Of a stretch of DNA of 64,000 nt, positions 13,401-27,500 are shown one piece after another. Each line of letters opens with the position of its first letter. Position 1 is the first letter of the stretch. The stretch comes from Phoronis australis (taxonomy: Eukaryota; Animalia; Phoronida): NCBI GenBank assembly GCA_002633005.1, contig NMRA01000515.1:1-64000 (forward strand). Reading direction: 5' to 3'. A model generated the notes under the pieces. That model was not told the origin of the DNA. It made no database searches and saw nothing but the letters and a program-made list of their open reading frames with translations. The position numbers and the translations under genes were made by a program.

Positions 13401-13900
13401 AGAGATTGAGTGAACTACCAGTACTCATAGTGCTCAACAAAATGTAGGTATAATGTTTCATTCATTGACAATACTTAAGCCTGTTGAGCCTCTTTTGCTT
13501 TGCATCTCTTATTACAATTCTCTATGATCTGAAGTAGATAATGATGAATAGAGTCATTGTTGCTTTGTGAGATCCCAGGTCATTTACTTAGGTCATCACA
13601 CTCTTATGATAGCCTGGAATTTTTTTGTATCGTTCAAACGTATCTGTTGATCAAGTTGTGTGGTCATATTTCTTAGTTGTTAATTGTTCATTGGCAACTT
13701 AGTAGTTTACATTGAACTCTCTCCTTTTCAGAGATGCTCCACACAGAATGACCCGATGTGAGATTGACTCACTGGTACGTCTTGATGACATGTTGATCAA
13801 TGCTGTTCAGGAGGTTAAAGTGGTGGAGGCCAGTGCCAGAGAAGGGAATGGACTGTCTGAAATCATGGACTGGATTCAAGAGCACTGTAAAGGGGCCTGA
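4452..13900 (+). CDS. ARL16: ADP-ribosylation factor-like protein 16 (small Arf-family GTPase), 181 aa, 5 exons
   Basis: Exons 4452-4533, 6687-6745, 9838-9957, 13328-13443 and 13732-13900 splice in frame (546 nt): MSSLGESMALLLGAQGVGKTLLSKRLY-SCSSKGSFTQLDEPPATIPT-VGTNLVNITLLKKQELTIREVGGCMGPIWSKYFGGSSAII-YVVDLSNRHQVSASCIQLLTVL...VLIVLNK-IDAPHRMT...VEASAREGNGLSEIMDWIQEHCKGA*. It has a P-loop, the ARL16-typical RExGGCMGPIW and NKxD. Confidence 0.93.
4715..4791. mobile_element. 77-bp mini-MITE of the same family as 2907-3898, in ARL16 intron 1
   Basis: Hairpin cacaggcgtcctca...tgaggacgcctgtg flanked by the perfect 8-bp direct repeat ggccagag. Confidence 0.9.
8072..9833 (+). mobile_element. Helentron-associated non-autonomous element (HINE/DINE-1-like) with an internal tandem array, in ARL16 intron 2
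   Basis: 5' end is TTTT-ATGCGCCCAC subTIR plus its inverted copy (gtggacgcgt), then gtccgtccgt microsatellite and ~147-bp internal monomers. 3' end is subTIR GTGGGTGCAT, stem-loop caacgc-tcc-gcgttg and ctcttgTT. Inserted in a T run. Confidence 0.8.
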
Positions 13901-14559
13901 TCACTGGTCCAATTGTATACTGTTTTGAAGAGTTCTTCATTTGTCAGTTTGATGGTTTATCTATATTTATGTAAACAGCAAATATAAGTTTTGATTCTTT
14001 ACCAAAGCTTAGCAATGATGTCAGAGTTCCCCGCAATTGATGACTTACTGGTGTTCTGGTCCATTCCTGATATTATGCCAGGAACAATTTTTTGAAACCA
14101 GGTCATTTCCTATTTGTGAGGGTGTGTAACAGCATTTAGACACGAGCTGTAGTTTTCATCGACGGCTGTTTATGATTTACAAAAACCTTTGTGGTAGCAG
14201 TTACTGCCACAGATGGAGTATAGCACAAGGGAGGTCATGGCCCCTACTGTTTGTTGTAGAAAAGTCATGACTATCATTTTGTACCCTCCCTTCTCTTTAA
14301 TACATGTGGCTATGTCAGTCAAAAGAATTAGATATATAGGGACGGATTACATGTTGTGCAATACAACTCACTTGAAGAATCTCAGTTATCCAGGTTGGGA
14401 TGTTTAAAGATGGTGATGCTAGCCATCAGAGAGCATGTGTACGATGACTACTGGTGTTTTGACCACAAAGACAAATATGATAGCACATAGCTGTTATACA
14501 GTATTGACACTGGGTCAGTTAATAATTATTGGAAAGCATTCACAATAACATTTATCCTT

Positions 14560-14686
14560 TTTGGGATGGATTTGACGTATTCTGCACCATCTAGTGTCCA
14601 TGTTTTGACACTAGTAAACACCCCTAGAAGCACACTGTTTGTGTTGCTGTCGTGGACGCATTTCAACACTATGCATTGCTCTTGTT
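14560..14686 (+). mobile_element. 3' fragment of the same HINE family, downstream of the ARL16 stop
   Basis: gcaccatctagtgtcc ... gtggacgcatttcaacactatgcattgctcttgtt matches the end of 8072-9833. Confidence 0.65.
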
Positions 14687-15781
14687 TACTGATTTGTTGT
14701 TAATAGTCACTTTCAGAGTTCCCACATTTTGAGAACCAGTTTTCTCTGCTGAATAACAGGCATCAAACTGGTTCTCAAAATCCAGGACCCCTGTAAGTGA
14801 CTTATGCTGACATATCAATAAAAACTCCAATATGCATTTTGTGATTACAATTATTTCACATGACTTGAAATGAATCTGTAAAAAAGGAGAACGATTCCAG
14901 AATATAAAATTTATTTGTAAATCTAATCCTTTGTACAATTTCTAAAACATTTGTAATGATGCAAGGTTTGTTGCTTTGGTCTACTTGGGTTCAATGGTTT
15001 TATGGCAAATAGTTGCAACAAACATCATGGAGTCAGTGACATAGCTTCCTTGTAAGCATATGGTTGCATTTATGCCTTAGGGAAAATACATTTAGTCAAC
15101 AAAATGTGCAATAGAATGTCTTTAATCTTTAGTGGTTTCTGCCAAAATTGTACCTGGTTAATCAACTGTGTGCAAATTCTACACTAGGCACTAGTCACCA
15201 GTTCAAAATGGGAGAGGGGGTGGGAGTGTCTTCTTATGTAAAAAGTTTGACTGTACCCCTTATTGAACCAAATGTTTTCATATGGTACACACCAAAAGTA
15301 ATCCAACTTATGTTTCCCGTCATGAAGGATTATGACCTGTCATGACTAGTTGGTCCAGCGTCTCTGATGGTGAATTCCACTTGCACTCAGCCACCATAAC
15401 TATGAATTTTTTTGGGATCAGTTGTCCTGATGGGGAATTCTAAGTCATTTTGTCTGATTATTTGTAAAGTGTACGTACCGGTATATGCAGCTATTGTACT
15501 TTCAAATTGGAAAAAAAATGGAATAACCCTGCATTGTACAACCTGTGTGACAATATTTACATACCATTGATAATGGTAAACTTAAAGCAAAAACATTGAA
15601 ATAATAAATCATTACATGGTTTCTTGGTTTTTAAAATACTGCCGCCTTGGACAGGCCCCTACCAGATGGATGGGACTATTTAGAATTATATTTTTAATAA
15701 CTACATTTATGTTCCTTCACTGTATAACCAGTTAAATGCAAACATGTAATAGGAAGAATTTAAATTAACCTTGCTTTTGGT

Positions 15782-18700
15782 TTAAAATTTTGTGTTGATT
15801 TCTTGTGGTTGAAACTTTTGTAAACTGTGAGAGTTACTTTTGTTTCTGATTACAAGACACATAACAAAGACTACTGTTATAATGAGGAGAACACAAAGAC
15901 TTGTGAGGACTGCCAGTACATTCACCTGGTTCCAACAGGACTTCTGGATATTGTTATCTTTTCCTGGGCATACATGCGACCCTGAAAAATAAAGTTATCA
16001 AAGGCTCCTAGAAATCACTTAGTGCATTTGAATATATTGCATTTGTAAAATAATTCAAGAATGACTATGGCATTACTGTTAACAGAGCCTTGTATTTTGG
16101 CTAACACAACAGTGTCTTACTGGTACCCACTTGTTGTAGAAACTTCGGTGAAAATAGTCGTTTACAGGGGTCATGGATTTTGCAAACCAGCATGATGACT
16201 GTTATTCCATGATGACAAAAAATGTTTCTCAAAATGTGGGACTCCTGCCAGTGTAAGTGGCGATTACCCAAATTTCGATAGTTGTAAGAATATTTGAAGA
16301 ACGGTACCCATGTCATATTTATGAAAATCGTTCTCCAGGTTTTACTTGTAGTGCATCGTCACCGTTTTCAGTGACGAGTTTTTGACATGTTGAGGTCCTA
16401 GAGTATTGAGAAGGTACATTTGACACGTGCCATGCAGATAGGTGAAGTTTTCACAACCCAATTCCTTACGAAATGAGGACGCTGTTTCTGACTGAATTCA
16501 CCTACGAAAGAGTGCGTTAATGCAACAACATTTTACCAAAGGTTGATTTTTTTTTCTTTTCGTGGAATCTTATCATAGAATCGTACTAGTTGTGTCGGAT
16601 CTAGGGTGAACCTAGAGTAGGAGCAGCCTCAGTTCTAAAAATGCTTGAAACGGTATGTCTTCGGTGTTTTTGATCGCATTCTGAGGTCCTTATTCCAGTG
16701 CGCAACCCCTTGCCTCCATCCGCCCCGTAGTGCCGAGATTGAGGTGTTACACGCCAAGCAACATGCTCGCTAACTCATGCGGTCATACTACAGTATGATT
16801 TGCAGACCACGTTGCTGAGGATTCGTCATACTACTAATCTGATTGTCAATTTGTGAACACCGTGTCAGGAGAAGAATGTTAATGAAAAAACCTGTTTTGA
16901 AAGAAAATCCACTCACATTGATTAGTTGTAACTTGCCCAGTAAATATTCATTTTTCAGCCGAGACTGTTTTGCATAAGATCGTGCTTTGCATGAAAAGGT
17001 AGACTAGTGAAGTTGCATTTTCGTAATACCGTCAATACCTTGTTCGTTTTTAATGATATATGCTCCATAAAACTGAATTTGACGCTTAGTGGACTTTAAA
17101 GAAGAGATTTTCCGAATAAACGCTCCACTATTTGGACTATTGACAAAAGAAATTGAAACACCAAATAAACGGCCATGTGCGTTTATTCGGCATAGCTTTC
17201 CGAATAAACCCCCATGGGTGTTTCATCGGTGGGCTTATCTACGGAAAATGCCGGTAGTATGTAAATGACGTCACTGACTTAATCAAAGCTCTTTGTCAGC
17301 GTTTCGTGTGATGTACCAACGAAATACATAATACCATTCAATTCTTTTGAATTGCAAACATTGTGGGAATAAAACCTTTGCCATTAGTTTCATCTGTATT
17401 ATAACTTACTGTTGTGGCATTCTGTTTCGTAGTCCTTTGCGATCTGTTGATTTCCCACAAAATACTGCAGCACGACTCTCGTTGTATTGACGCCCTCCGA
17501 GTCTGAGACTGGGGATCGCCTTCGTCGGGTAAATAGTGGTACAGGATTTTGACAATGATCCTGAATCAATGAACATTAAAAAGATTAATTATCTCACATC
17601 GCTATGTGGTCTGAAACATAACAAAACAAAACAATGCTTGAAGACATCGAGTTGCGTATGCATGAAGTACACCTTCCCCGGGTCCAGGAGTATAGTCCTC
17701 GAGTTATTCCTTTTCACTTCATTTTAGTTTAAAACGAAAACAAGGCTAAACCGTTTAATCAAAACATTCCCAAACAATCGCCTTTCAACATCTCATAATT
17801 ATTTCAAAGTAAACAGAAAAGAATATTAAAGTTCAATTTTTGAATACCTGGAGATACCGGGCAAAATTAGGGTCCAGTTTGAATGATACTAATTTCACTA
17901 ATTTTTAGAAAGTAACGTGACAGGAAAAAGACAAATTCATATAGGGTTACATTTGACAGAATGCTAGTTATGATTGATGAAACCTCCGTGTTCAGAAATG
18001 GTGAACAACAAAGGAGGGTTTGACTTCAGTTGTTCCTTTGAAGATTATTTCATCGAATAAATTAAATCGTATTTGGTATGTTCATTGCCCAGTACATGTA
18101 GGCCTACCTTAAGAAACAATGTACAGTCTATGTGCGCCTACCTTAAGAATGTGCGCCTACCTTAAGACACCAGTTCTGGTTGGCTTTCGAGCAGAATGTC
18201 ACGTCGCAAGTTATGGTAAGCGAGTTCTTCTTGTTGAACGAGAAACATTTGAAGGGTGGTGACTTCAGCGTGAGGAAGCCCGCGGCAGACACGCCCCCTA
18301 TCTGTTCAAATCCTTGCTTCTCGTTAATGAATCCAAGAAGTCCTTTTGGGTCTGTTCCACAACTGGAAGTGCAATGTTGCCATGAAATGCCAGGAATTTA
18401 AATTTGAGCACGAGTGCTAGTTTTGTTAGTTACTAGTAATAGGTTGTCAGTTGACAGACAGATTAAACTAAATGTTTTACCTGTTCCGAATGAGCGTCAC
18501 CCTGCTGGTTGATCCCAGATCTGGACGTGCCTCACAGCTTTTTACTCGAAACCCTTTGGCTGCTGTTAAAAAAAAATAAATCTTACAAATATTCGCTGGA
18601 AGTAATTCCCAGTCTTATACTGTGCAGCTGAATATCCAATCCATTTGCGGAACAGTTTTAGCGTTTTTCATCAGAGGAGTATATTGATTTACTAAAGTGG

Positions 18701-21700
18701 CATTAAACACGTGGTTTCTTTTTAAGTTTATTTTGGCCACTTACTGCGAGTTGAAAATTGGTCTCGACTTGTTCCTTACTCAGTTCAGAAGCATGGGCTG
18801 CGCACCATAGGGGGCTGGGAGGCTATGGCCCCCACTTATAATCAGTGCTGCGTCGCCCATGATCACATAGGTGGTGCACTGGCATCGTAGGGGGTTGCCG
18901 GGGAGGCTATAGCCCCGGCTCCACTTTTTTCAGTGCTGCGCCGCCCATGAGAAGTGATCTCTTGGCTCTTGAAGATCTAACAGCTCGTTAAACATCAAAT
19001 GCTTGAAGATATATTACACAGGAAAATGATGTTTCCCCCCTTCACACTGTCATTGATGAAAATATGAGCTACGCTCGCGGCTTAGAAACCGTTGCGTTAT
19101 CAGACCAAACTCGTGAAATTTCAGGTCGGCGTGACGCTGCCAACATCTTTACTGACAAAATAGTCAAAAAGGTAAATTAATAGATAGGTGCTAGACGCTC
19201 CACCGATTCCCGTTACAAAAGTATGTGGTTTAAATCAATACTATTTTTGACAGAAAGCAATTTCATTGAAATATTATTTGCAATGAAAGAAGTATGCAAT
19301 AAAATATTAAATCAAGTTGTAAAATTTTAGTTAATTGTTATAGATTATGAAATAGTATAGTGCTTATTACGCGATATGTAGAATGACTTTAAAATCCGTA
19401 GGAATACAGACCAACGATATTCTGTTCTGATCGGAGGATTTCATGACCTCTCTAGGGTGACGAGACCTGTTCTTCAAGTCACTTGTGTGAATCATTATGC
19501 TGCTGTTAGTCTAGACTAAATCTTTACAAACATCCGGGACATGTTTCACTGAAATCTGATTTCCCTCTATTGCAACGTTAACTTGTGTTTCACAAACGAA
19601 ACAATATCCCTGTCGCTCACCTTAACATACCGAAAGTCCTAGAAAAAGTGCCAAAAATGGCGACAATAATTTCAAAAAATTTTCCAACACTCATTTGACT
19701 CCATGTGTTATGTCTATCGATACTCACACATATAATAAAAATAACCTTCCTTAACAACTACGGGAACTGGAGATCAGTCGAAATAGGTGCAAGCTTGTGG
19801 CCGCACGTATGGGCATATTGTATTGATGGCAGACCCGCCTCGTGTTAGTAACGAATATCGGCTTGATTGCAATGGCCGAACAGGCCTTCTTAGCTTACTT
19901 ACTCGCGCTTTCAAGGTTCATGCGCACGGTTGGTCAAGAAGGGGGAAAGACGCCCTCATACATCTTTTTACTTGACCAGCCATGCATGTCTCATACGTAC
20001 TTTGGCTAACCAGGCCCGATAGTTGTAATCTAACTCCTTGTTCCAACTGACACACTGACAATGTCTGCTGCGGAGTCGTGTCGCTAACGAGAGTCAAATA
20101 CAATATCTCTTTAATTTTCTCAGGACTTATCACATCGAGATCCCTGAAAAAAAACAGTTCATGTTTTATACTATGTGGTCTAGTTTGTGAACTGGAAAAA
20201 GTTTCCACACAAAACTATGTGACTCTATTTGTCTAATTTAATTTGATATCCAGCATGCAGTAGCATTCACTCTCTAGGTCATAATTATTTGTCATCAATT
20301 TTGGGCCTCCGTATCCGGCATTTCCCAACTGGCAACTATGAACGGCTTTTTATTGATTGTGATTCCAATGGCCACTCTTTACAGTGCCTGGACTTTTATG
20401 ATCTTTTGTTTGGGGATTATGGAACAGAGTTGTGTATCAGTGATAACCACTGCTTGTTTGTGGCAACATTTTTTAACCGTTTAGACACTGAGAAATAGCC
20501 TCTATGCAAAAATAAATTCATCATTAATTTTGATTTCGTTTTAACGACAAAAATCAGCTAACAACAACAGAAGAAAAGAGAAATAACGCGCATTGCAACT
20601 GCTGTTCTTTCATTGATGTCGCAACCTCTATCATTGTTACCTGCGTGAGCAAAACAATGGGGTGACTTGATTCGGGTTCACCCCGCTTATCAGTCAGACC
20701 GATCTCAATACTCTCAGAGAATGAGAGAGCGCATCACATACCGTACACTGTGCGGTTAATTCACGTTGATGCTTTTACACCCAAAAAATGAATTATTAGA
20801 AACTTGCGCCTTTTTTGCTGTGAAAAAATGGTGCCAAAAATGCCGATTTGATAGCGTCAATAACCTAACGCCATGGAGACATTTTTTCATACCAAGAAGA
20901 GAGACAAATCAACTGTTTTTGACTGTTTTCCGAAAGTAGTTTACTGAGAAGAAAATAATTGATGCCGTTAAAAAGAGCGTTTTTTCCACATAATGTAATC
21001 AGCTTCTTTCTTCTCTGGCATACGATAATGGCGTATACGGTAGTTTAGAAATGTTGACTCCAACCACAGACCACTAGTTCACTGGTCTGAGGTTCAACGC
21101 ACGCTATCGGAAGTTCCCACATGCACACCCCGGGGTATATCGTAATGTCTTCCTGGTATTCACTTATTCAACGCATAAACTGGATTACATGAGCAGTTTT
21201 CGTTTGCTCGTAGACAAAGACATCGGAAAATTCTTATTTAGTGACGTTAATTCGAGACAGAAAAAATAGTACCTGGATACACCTACTGCTGTCGACACTG
21301 TTGCTGTCGGATTCAACATACACGTCACGCTAACAACCATATCATCGCCAGTGATGATACTCTCAACAACATTCACCAACACCTTCACTTTCACCACTAG
21401 CTTTTGATTTTCCGTTTCAACCTGTAAGGAAGCGCCACTTCTCAAATGAGTAAAGTAAAGTAAAGTAAAGTTAAAGCTGCGTTTCGTCCTATGAGTCGAG
21501 TTGGTTATCCATATGGTGCAACTTACCTCATTTGTGACAACTTACTCCACCTTATCATGGGCGGTGCACCACTAGGGGGCTGGGCTATAGCCCTCCCCCC
21601 GGCGTTTACTTCAGTGCTGCGCCGCCCATGTTAAGTTTGTTCTAGGGTAGATTTGCAGCACTTCAGTAGTTTCTGTGTGGCCGCAAATCTGGGGCAAGGC

Positions 21701-24157
21701 GGAAGTAATTACCAGCTGTTATTGATTACAGACTGGTTTTCTTTTGCGTCCCGTATTCCCAATAGCTGTTAATTGCCACGTACATAGTGACAACTTCCGC
21801 CTTACCCTAGTTATCGGAGATGTGTATGTGGACGTTCTGCTTTAAAGTGCAAGGGTAGGCTGTGTGTGGACAGGAGTTTACAGTAATGTGCACAGTTGTC
21901 ACTTCGCCGTTGAACGTAGGTGGTTGTGACCGATTATATCCCAAAAGCCGTAATGACTAACAACCACAGAAGTTGCTAATGGGAAGCGGACGAGTGGTGT
22001 CAGAAACGGAAATTTTTCAAACCTTTTTAGATGAATAGACAGCCATCATCCTCTGATTTATAAATTTCAGTTTGCTCAAATTTAGACACATATGTATAGA
22101 AATGCTTGATTAATTCCTGCAAATTTATCGGTCAGAGGTTTGCTGAGTTGGATGTATCGTACCTTTAGATTACAATCGGATGAAGATACTGCCAGATTCA
22201 GGAGCTGAAACTTTTTCTTAGATGGATTGCTTGGGAGTACTTTATTAGTGAAACACTTCGGATCATTAGAATTCCAAATTTGCATGCTTTTGTAAACGTC
22301 CTTTGTCAAGTCGCCAGGTCGGTAAATAACGTCGAGACTAACTTTTCCGCTGTTTTCCTTTGAGCAACTTGCAAATACTGTAGAAGATGCACACACTTAA
22401 TATAATCATAATCACAACAGCAAGAATAGCAATTAATAGCACTAAAATTAGTTATCTTGAAAACAACATGGCGACTTTATGAATGAGTCAGCGAATGCTC
22501 ATAGACTGGCAACAGGGGGTCAGCTCCCCTTACGCTGTCAGCATGCTGTCTTCACTGACCACACGGACATTTATCCTTCTGAAAATGTGTTTGCCGCCAG
22601 CAAACTCGACCAAGTCTCTTCGACACTGACATCGTGGAATGGATTAAACTACCTGAGGATAAAACCGAACTGAGTTGAGCTGTATCACACAAGCAAAGTT
22701 TGAATTTATTATTTTCATGTTGCATGAATCTCCCCTACTTCACTACTAACATTGTCAGCGGATCTTTTGTCGTGTCAAATATCAGTGAGACATAACACTG
22801 ACAGCTTTTCATTTCAATGAGTAAAACTCGGGGACAACGACGCCTGAAAGGACATCGGTTTTTGATCTATTTTTGAATCAAAATACATCGCATGTCATAC
22901 TATGGGCCACGAAAAGAGCAAAAAATAGTAACAAGAAAAATCAAAACCTAATTCGTAAAAATCAAACCTAATTTGTAAAAAGCAAACCTAATTCATAAAA
23001 ATTAACCGTGTTTGGAAAATCAAACCTAACTCGCAAAATCAAACATGTTTGCCGGGAAAATCAAATCTGTCGGTGGAAACTGGAACTAGCCAAGTGCGCG
23101 AAAAGCGCAAAATTTCGAATTTCTATACTATTTTTTGCCCTTTCCGCGGCCCATACTATAACTCGCTAAATGTCGCAAGTGTAAAAAGTTATTGACTGGG
23201 ACGCATTTGCTTGCCCACCCACCCTCTCAAAGCGTCAAGCTTCAAAGAGCTTTACCACACCAAAATAACACAAGTTTTCGTCGCGAGTCCCGGCAGAAAA
23301 GGTCAGCAACAATTATTGAACTTATAAGCGTAATTTTTTCGTAAAGTTTTTATGAATCTGTCTCCAAGATAAGTTTTCAAATATACTAAACCATTACATT
23401 CAAATGCATTTTCCTCTCGTAAAACAATTCAACAACGAGCGTATAAGATCCGGTTACCTTGGATACACAGCTCGTTTTTTGGATGAGTTGCCTGGATGTA
23501 TCCATTGCTTTCATCACATGAGCACGCGCCGTTTGTACATATACTCTTGTTCACTGTGCAATCACTATTGGTGGAGCACGATTCTCGTAATGCTAGAAAA
23601 TTGGAAACTTTATGAAACACTTTATGGAAATGGTAGATTATATATGACTAACTGTAAATCAAAGAAAATGATTTGAGAACATGACGAAATTAATGATAAT
23701 TATAATCAACATAGAATACAAAAGTAAATTCTGAAATGATACTGAGTAAAAATAGTGTCCGTTTTTACGAGATCTGCATGAAAATAACCTTTTTTTACTT
23801 AAGCATTTTTGGTTCTCGCATCGTCTTCACTGTTTTGACATAATTTACATTTTTACTAAACTTTATAAGGAAATCATAGACATTTCGTGTGACAACTGTG
23901 TATAGACTTATACCGATGCGCCACCTTTTAACGCTTCTCTATAAACATGCGAACCAAATTTTGCAAACACCAAAGTAACGCACCTTTTGACGCAGTAAGT
24001 GTCACTAAACTGGTCCATATCAACAAAGGAAGAAAGCTGCGCTGCAAGGGCATCTTTAGTTATCACGAACGTTCCTAAATTAAACAAATAAAGCTTCGTA
24101 AGCGTGTGTACTTACAGAGAACCTCTTGTCCCAACAAAATTGATAAAAACTTCAGTG
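15782..24157 (-). CDS. EGF/EB-like + zona pellucida (ZP) domain type-I membrane/secreted protein, about 440 aa; start exon unresolved
   Basis: Phase-compatible GT-AG exons: 24157-24116 (LKFLSILLGQEVL, signal-like); 23592-23458 (6-Cys module CSTNSDCTVNKSICTNGACSC...ELC); 22377-22163 and 21421-21273 (ZP-N-like, ...IITGDDMVVSVTC); 20143-20001; 18562-18481 (GFRVKSCEA...VTLIRN); 18362-18161 (ZP-C-like, FKCFSF...LTITCDVTFC); 17560-17410 (furin site RRRR); 15981-15782 (TM VLAVLTSLCVLLIITVVFVMCLVI, then stop). Confidence 0.8.
17010..17256 (-). mobile_element. Terminal fragment of the Tc1/mariner-like MITE family seen at 34405-35794
   Basis: gggcttatctacggaaaatgccgg-TA end. About 240 bp are inverse-homologous to 34405-34650. 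Confidence 0.7.
18792..18949. mobile_element. Tandem pair of ~70-85-bp hAT-like mini-elements; third copy at 21556-21630
   Basis: Termini are CATGGGC.GCGCA ... TGCGCCGCCCATG. The pair is flanked by the 5-bp repeat agaag. Confidence 0.65.
22900..23156. mobile_element. MITE with ~30-bp TIRs, TA flanks and internal ~20-bp subrepeats
   Basis: TA-ctatgggccacgaaaagagcaaaaaatagta ... tactattttttgccctttccgcggcccatac-TA, with internal aaaatcaaacctaattcgta repeats. Confidence 0.75.
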
Positions 24158-24507
24158 CTGTTTAGGTAAATTCCTTTTCACGCACTCTCGAGCCTCAAAT
24201 CTTTTGATTTAAATTTTCTACTTTCGCAAAAAAAAACGAGTCGTGAAACAAGGCAAGCTACTTCTTACTTTCTGTGGTTATACTGTAGTCGGAATGGGGT
24301 TCATAGATTTTCTTTTGTTGTCTTACTTTGACTCTTAACCCCGACCAGAAGCCGCGCTGATTATACTTCGTCCACCAATGTACTTGGGTTAGAGATGATG
24401 GCCCTCCTGCCGTGTGTATTTTACCAAACGACAGTTATCACCTGAAGCTGGCGATTAATTTAAAGTAAAAACCGGTGAGCTCAACAAGTTCAGACTTACC
24501 TGCCAAT

Positions 24508-27500
24508 GGGGCTATTCGGTAAATCTGCAATAACTAGAGGGCGTGAGTGTACTAGTGGTGATAGATTAACAGCCTCGATTTCGCGAGCCCTTTAAGTACA
24601 TGGTGAAATGGCTTGCATCCGTGCCAACTGAATCTGAGATTGCGTAAAAAGGGTGCTTCTATGAGAGGAAGTAAGCAAGACCTCATACAAAGGTAAGGTT
24701 TGTGATTATTTTAACGATTATTCCATGATTATTCTACCGATACCTGTTAACTGAGGCACTCGCCGATGTCGACTTCGCGGCAGTCAGTCGCCAGTCAGAG
24801 TCTGGTTAATCTTTGTATGCATGTTGTGATATGTGATACGATACTTGACGTAGCAATCGGGACCTTTTCGTACATCAAAGCATTATTATTGTTTGGAATG
24901 ATTTCTAAAAGTTTATCAGTGACAGTTACATCAATCAATGCTGAATGTTTATGCTGTCAACTCGATACAGGTTAATGAGTTAAGATTACAATCCAGTCCC
25001 AATGGGTACGTGAGTGATAAATATCCATTGCATTAGACTAGTATTTGTTTACTCCCTATCATATGTCTTCTGGAAATCTATTACACGTTGAAATGGAAAT
25101 CTATCACGTCAGTTTTCACATAACCTTTGGTTTTTAGGTTTGAAGGCTTGTACCGTGCAGAGGAGATATGCATCGCTTCTGCACCATCCCTGAATGGACA
25201 AAAATTGGTTTTTAGCATTTGACTGCAGCTAACCAACAAGATCTTCCCATCCAGTGCAGATCTGTTGTCAAAGCCTACTTTCAATATTGGAGACAACGAA
25301 CAAAGCCTTTGAAAAGGAACAGCTATTTTTAAAGTCATTTTGTTAAATTACTTATTCAGGTCCCGAGGGGGGATTGGCATGGGGATTGTAATATTTGGTA
25401 CAACTGAATGTGTGGAAATAACAGGTAATACATGTTTGGGGAAAAGAGCATGGTGAGGTAATTCTTAACCTTCTCGAAGTCCCTTCAAGTTGATTTCACG
25501 AAACTGTTTTGCTACTTGTATCAATTGTAAAACCACGAAAATATATTACATTTTCCGAATTCACAGTGACTGAATAGTCTTAACTCATGCCTTGAAATGT
25601 TGCAAGTCGTTATAAATTCAAATGACTGCCATTTTTGTGAAAATTGCATTTTTGATGGTGCCTTACGTTTTGTAATTACTCTTAAACAACAGAAAGATTA
25701 TCCATCATTTTTAAACGACCCAAGTCTTCATATCTTCTATTAGAAGAAAAACGGTTCCCTCAACCTTAGGCTAGAAGTATGCTTGACAGACCCATGAACC
25801 TGTAATCTGAGTTTAAAATTGCTGAAAGTATCAAAATTAAAAAGGCTTGAAAATGGGTAACAACTGAAGGTTTGAAGTTGTCTCAAAAAACTTGTATATT
25901 TTACAGACAAGTGATGCGTTTAAAGAATTGTTATGGCTAGGGATAAAAAATAAAGACACGGTTTTATGCAATACTCATTATGTACACCCTTGGTTTCTGA
26001 AAATAGTAATAATTTACTTTTATGTGAAACTGTAGACCAATCACCATATATTTTTGAAAAACAAGGATAACATTTTTGATCCAATCTGGAGTACTTAATT
26101 ATTCATATTTCAATATTTGTTCCAGGTTCAGTGACATTTTAAGGCCACTTCAAGCTGTATCATAGACAAGCTTTGTTACTCCGTTCTCTTCCCACAGTTC
26201 TTCCACACACCAGCAGTGCTGCATGGCACAATGTGCAAATCAGTGGCCCTGGAGAAATGTGAATCGCAGTACTAAGTTACCATAAGACAATGTGCCAGTG
26301 GACTGTCTGTGTATCCAGACGAACTATATCTGACTGCTACACAAATAAGCCTTGTTGGTGAGGATGCCCTTTCATAGGCAATGAGTCATGTGTGGACAAT
26401 AGCTTATTTCCTTTCCTGGAAGAAACATGAGGGACTGAAGCTAAAGAAGACCTAGTCACACTCTGGTCTAGTTCATAGTCTGATTTTGGGCTCAAAACGA
26501 TTCAAGTGATATGCTGCTGTGTTTACCTTCAAGGGTCTAATTGTGGATGTTATTGAGGCTGAACGAGGTTACATGAAAGAAAGCCACGTGTTGAAACTGG
26601 ACCTTTTTTCCAAGCGCTTCTATAGGCCACTGAAACTAGAACCCAGTGAAATGAAAGCCAAAAGCTTAGTGACCTTAAATTTTCCTTTCAGAAGAAAAGC
26701 TTTATACTATTGGTAAAGATTGGTACAGATTATGGGGAAATGACATTCAGTGGCTGCATCGATTGTCTTATTGTATGTTTTCAATTGTAGCTAGCTGGAT
26801 AAGAATCTGCTATGCACAAGATTCGAGAATAAACAATTATCAGTGTATTTAAAAACAAATGGCAAACTGAAAAAGCACAGAAAGAAACAACATTGCGAGG
26901 AAGTCCATAATCAGGCATATCAGGTGATGAATTTCTGAATTACGTTCAATTCTCTCAGGTTATTGCTGAAGGATTGCTTTTCACTTTGTCCAACGGTGAA
27001 ATAGATGGTCAGGCGGTTGGTTTCAGTTGTTTTTTTCTCGCCTGTAACAGAATAGAAATATTAGCAAATTGGAAAAGAAAAGACAAGACAAAACTACTTT
27101 TGTAAGGCAGAACATACTTGACATTTCATCTTCATGTTTATGTGTAGAAACTAATAACCTTTGTACCCAAGTCTTATTTAATATCTGAATTAAAATATGT
27201 GAAACAGGCTAAAAAGTGATTTAACAATGTTACGACATTTATTGAATTGAGGCTTATTCATGTTAATTCATAACAGAGCTGGTGGTCCTGGGGGTGGGGT
27301 CCACGATAAAATAAGGAAACTCACTCATCTAGAGAATTTTATTGGAAACAGTATAGTTTTGAAGAGAAACTGCTGTGAAAAAGTCACTCTTGACTTCTGT
27401 GCATCACGTACCATACACCTCTTATTTTGGGAGCACTCCCACCCAGAACAATATGAATATGTGCTGCTAGCCTACCCGTCATCGGTGAGTTTCCAAAAAG

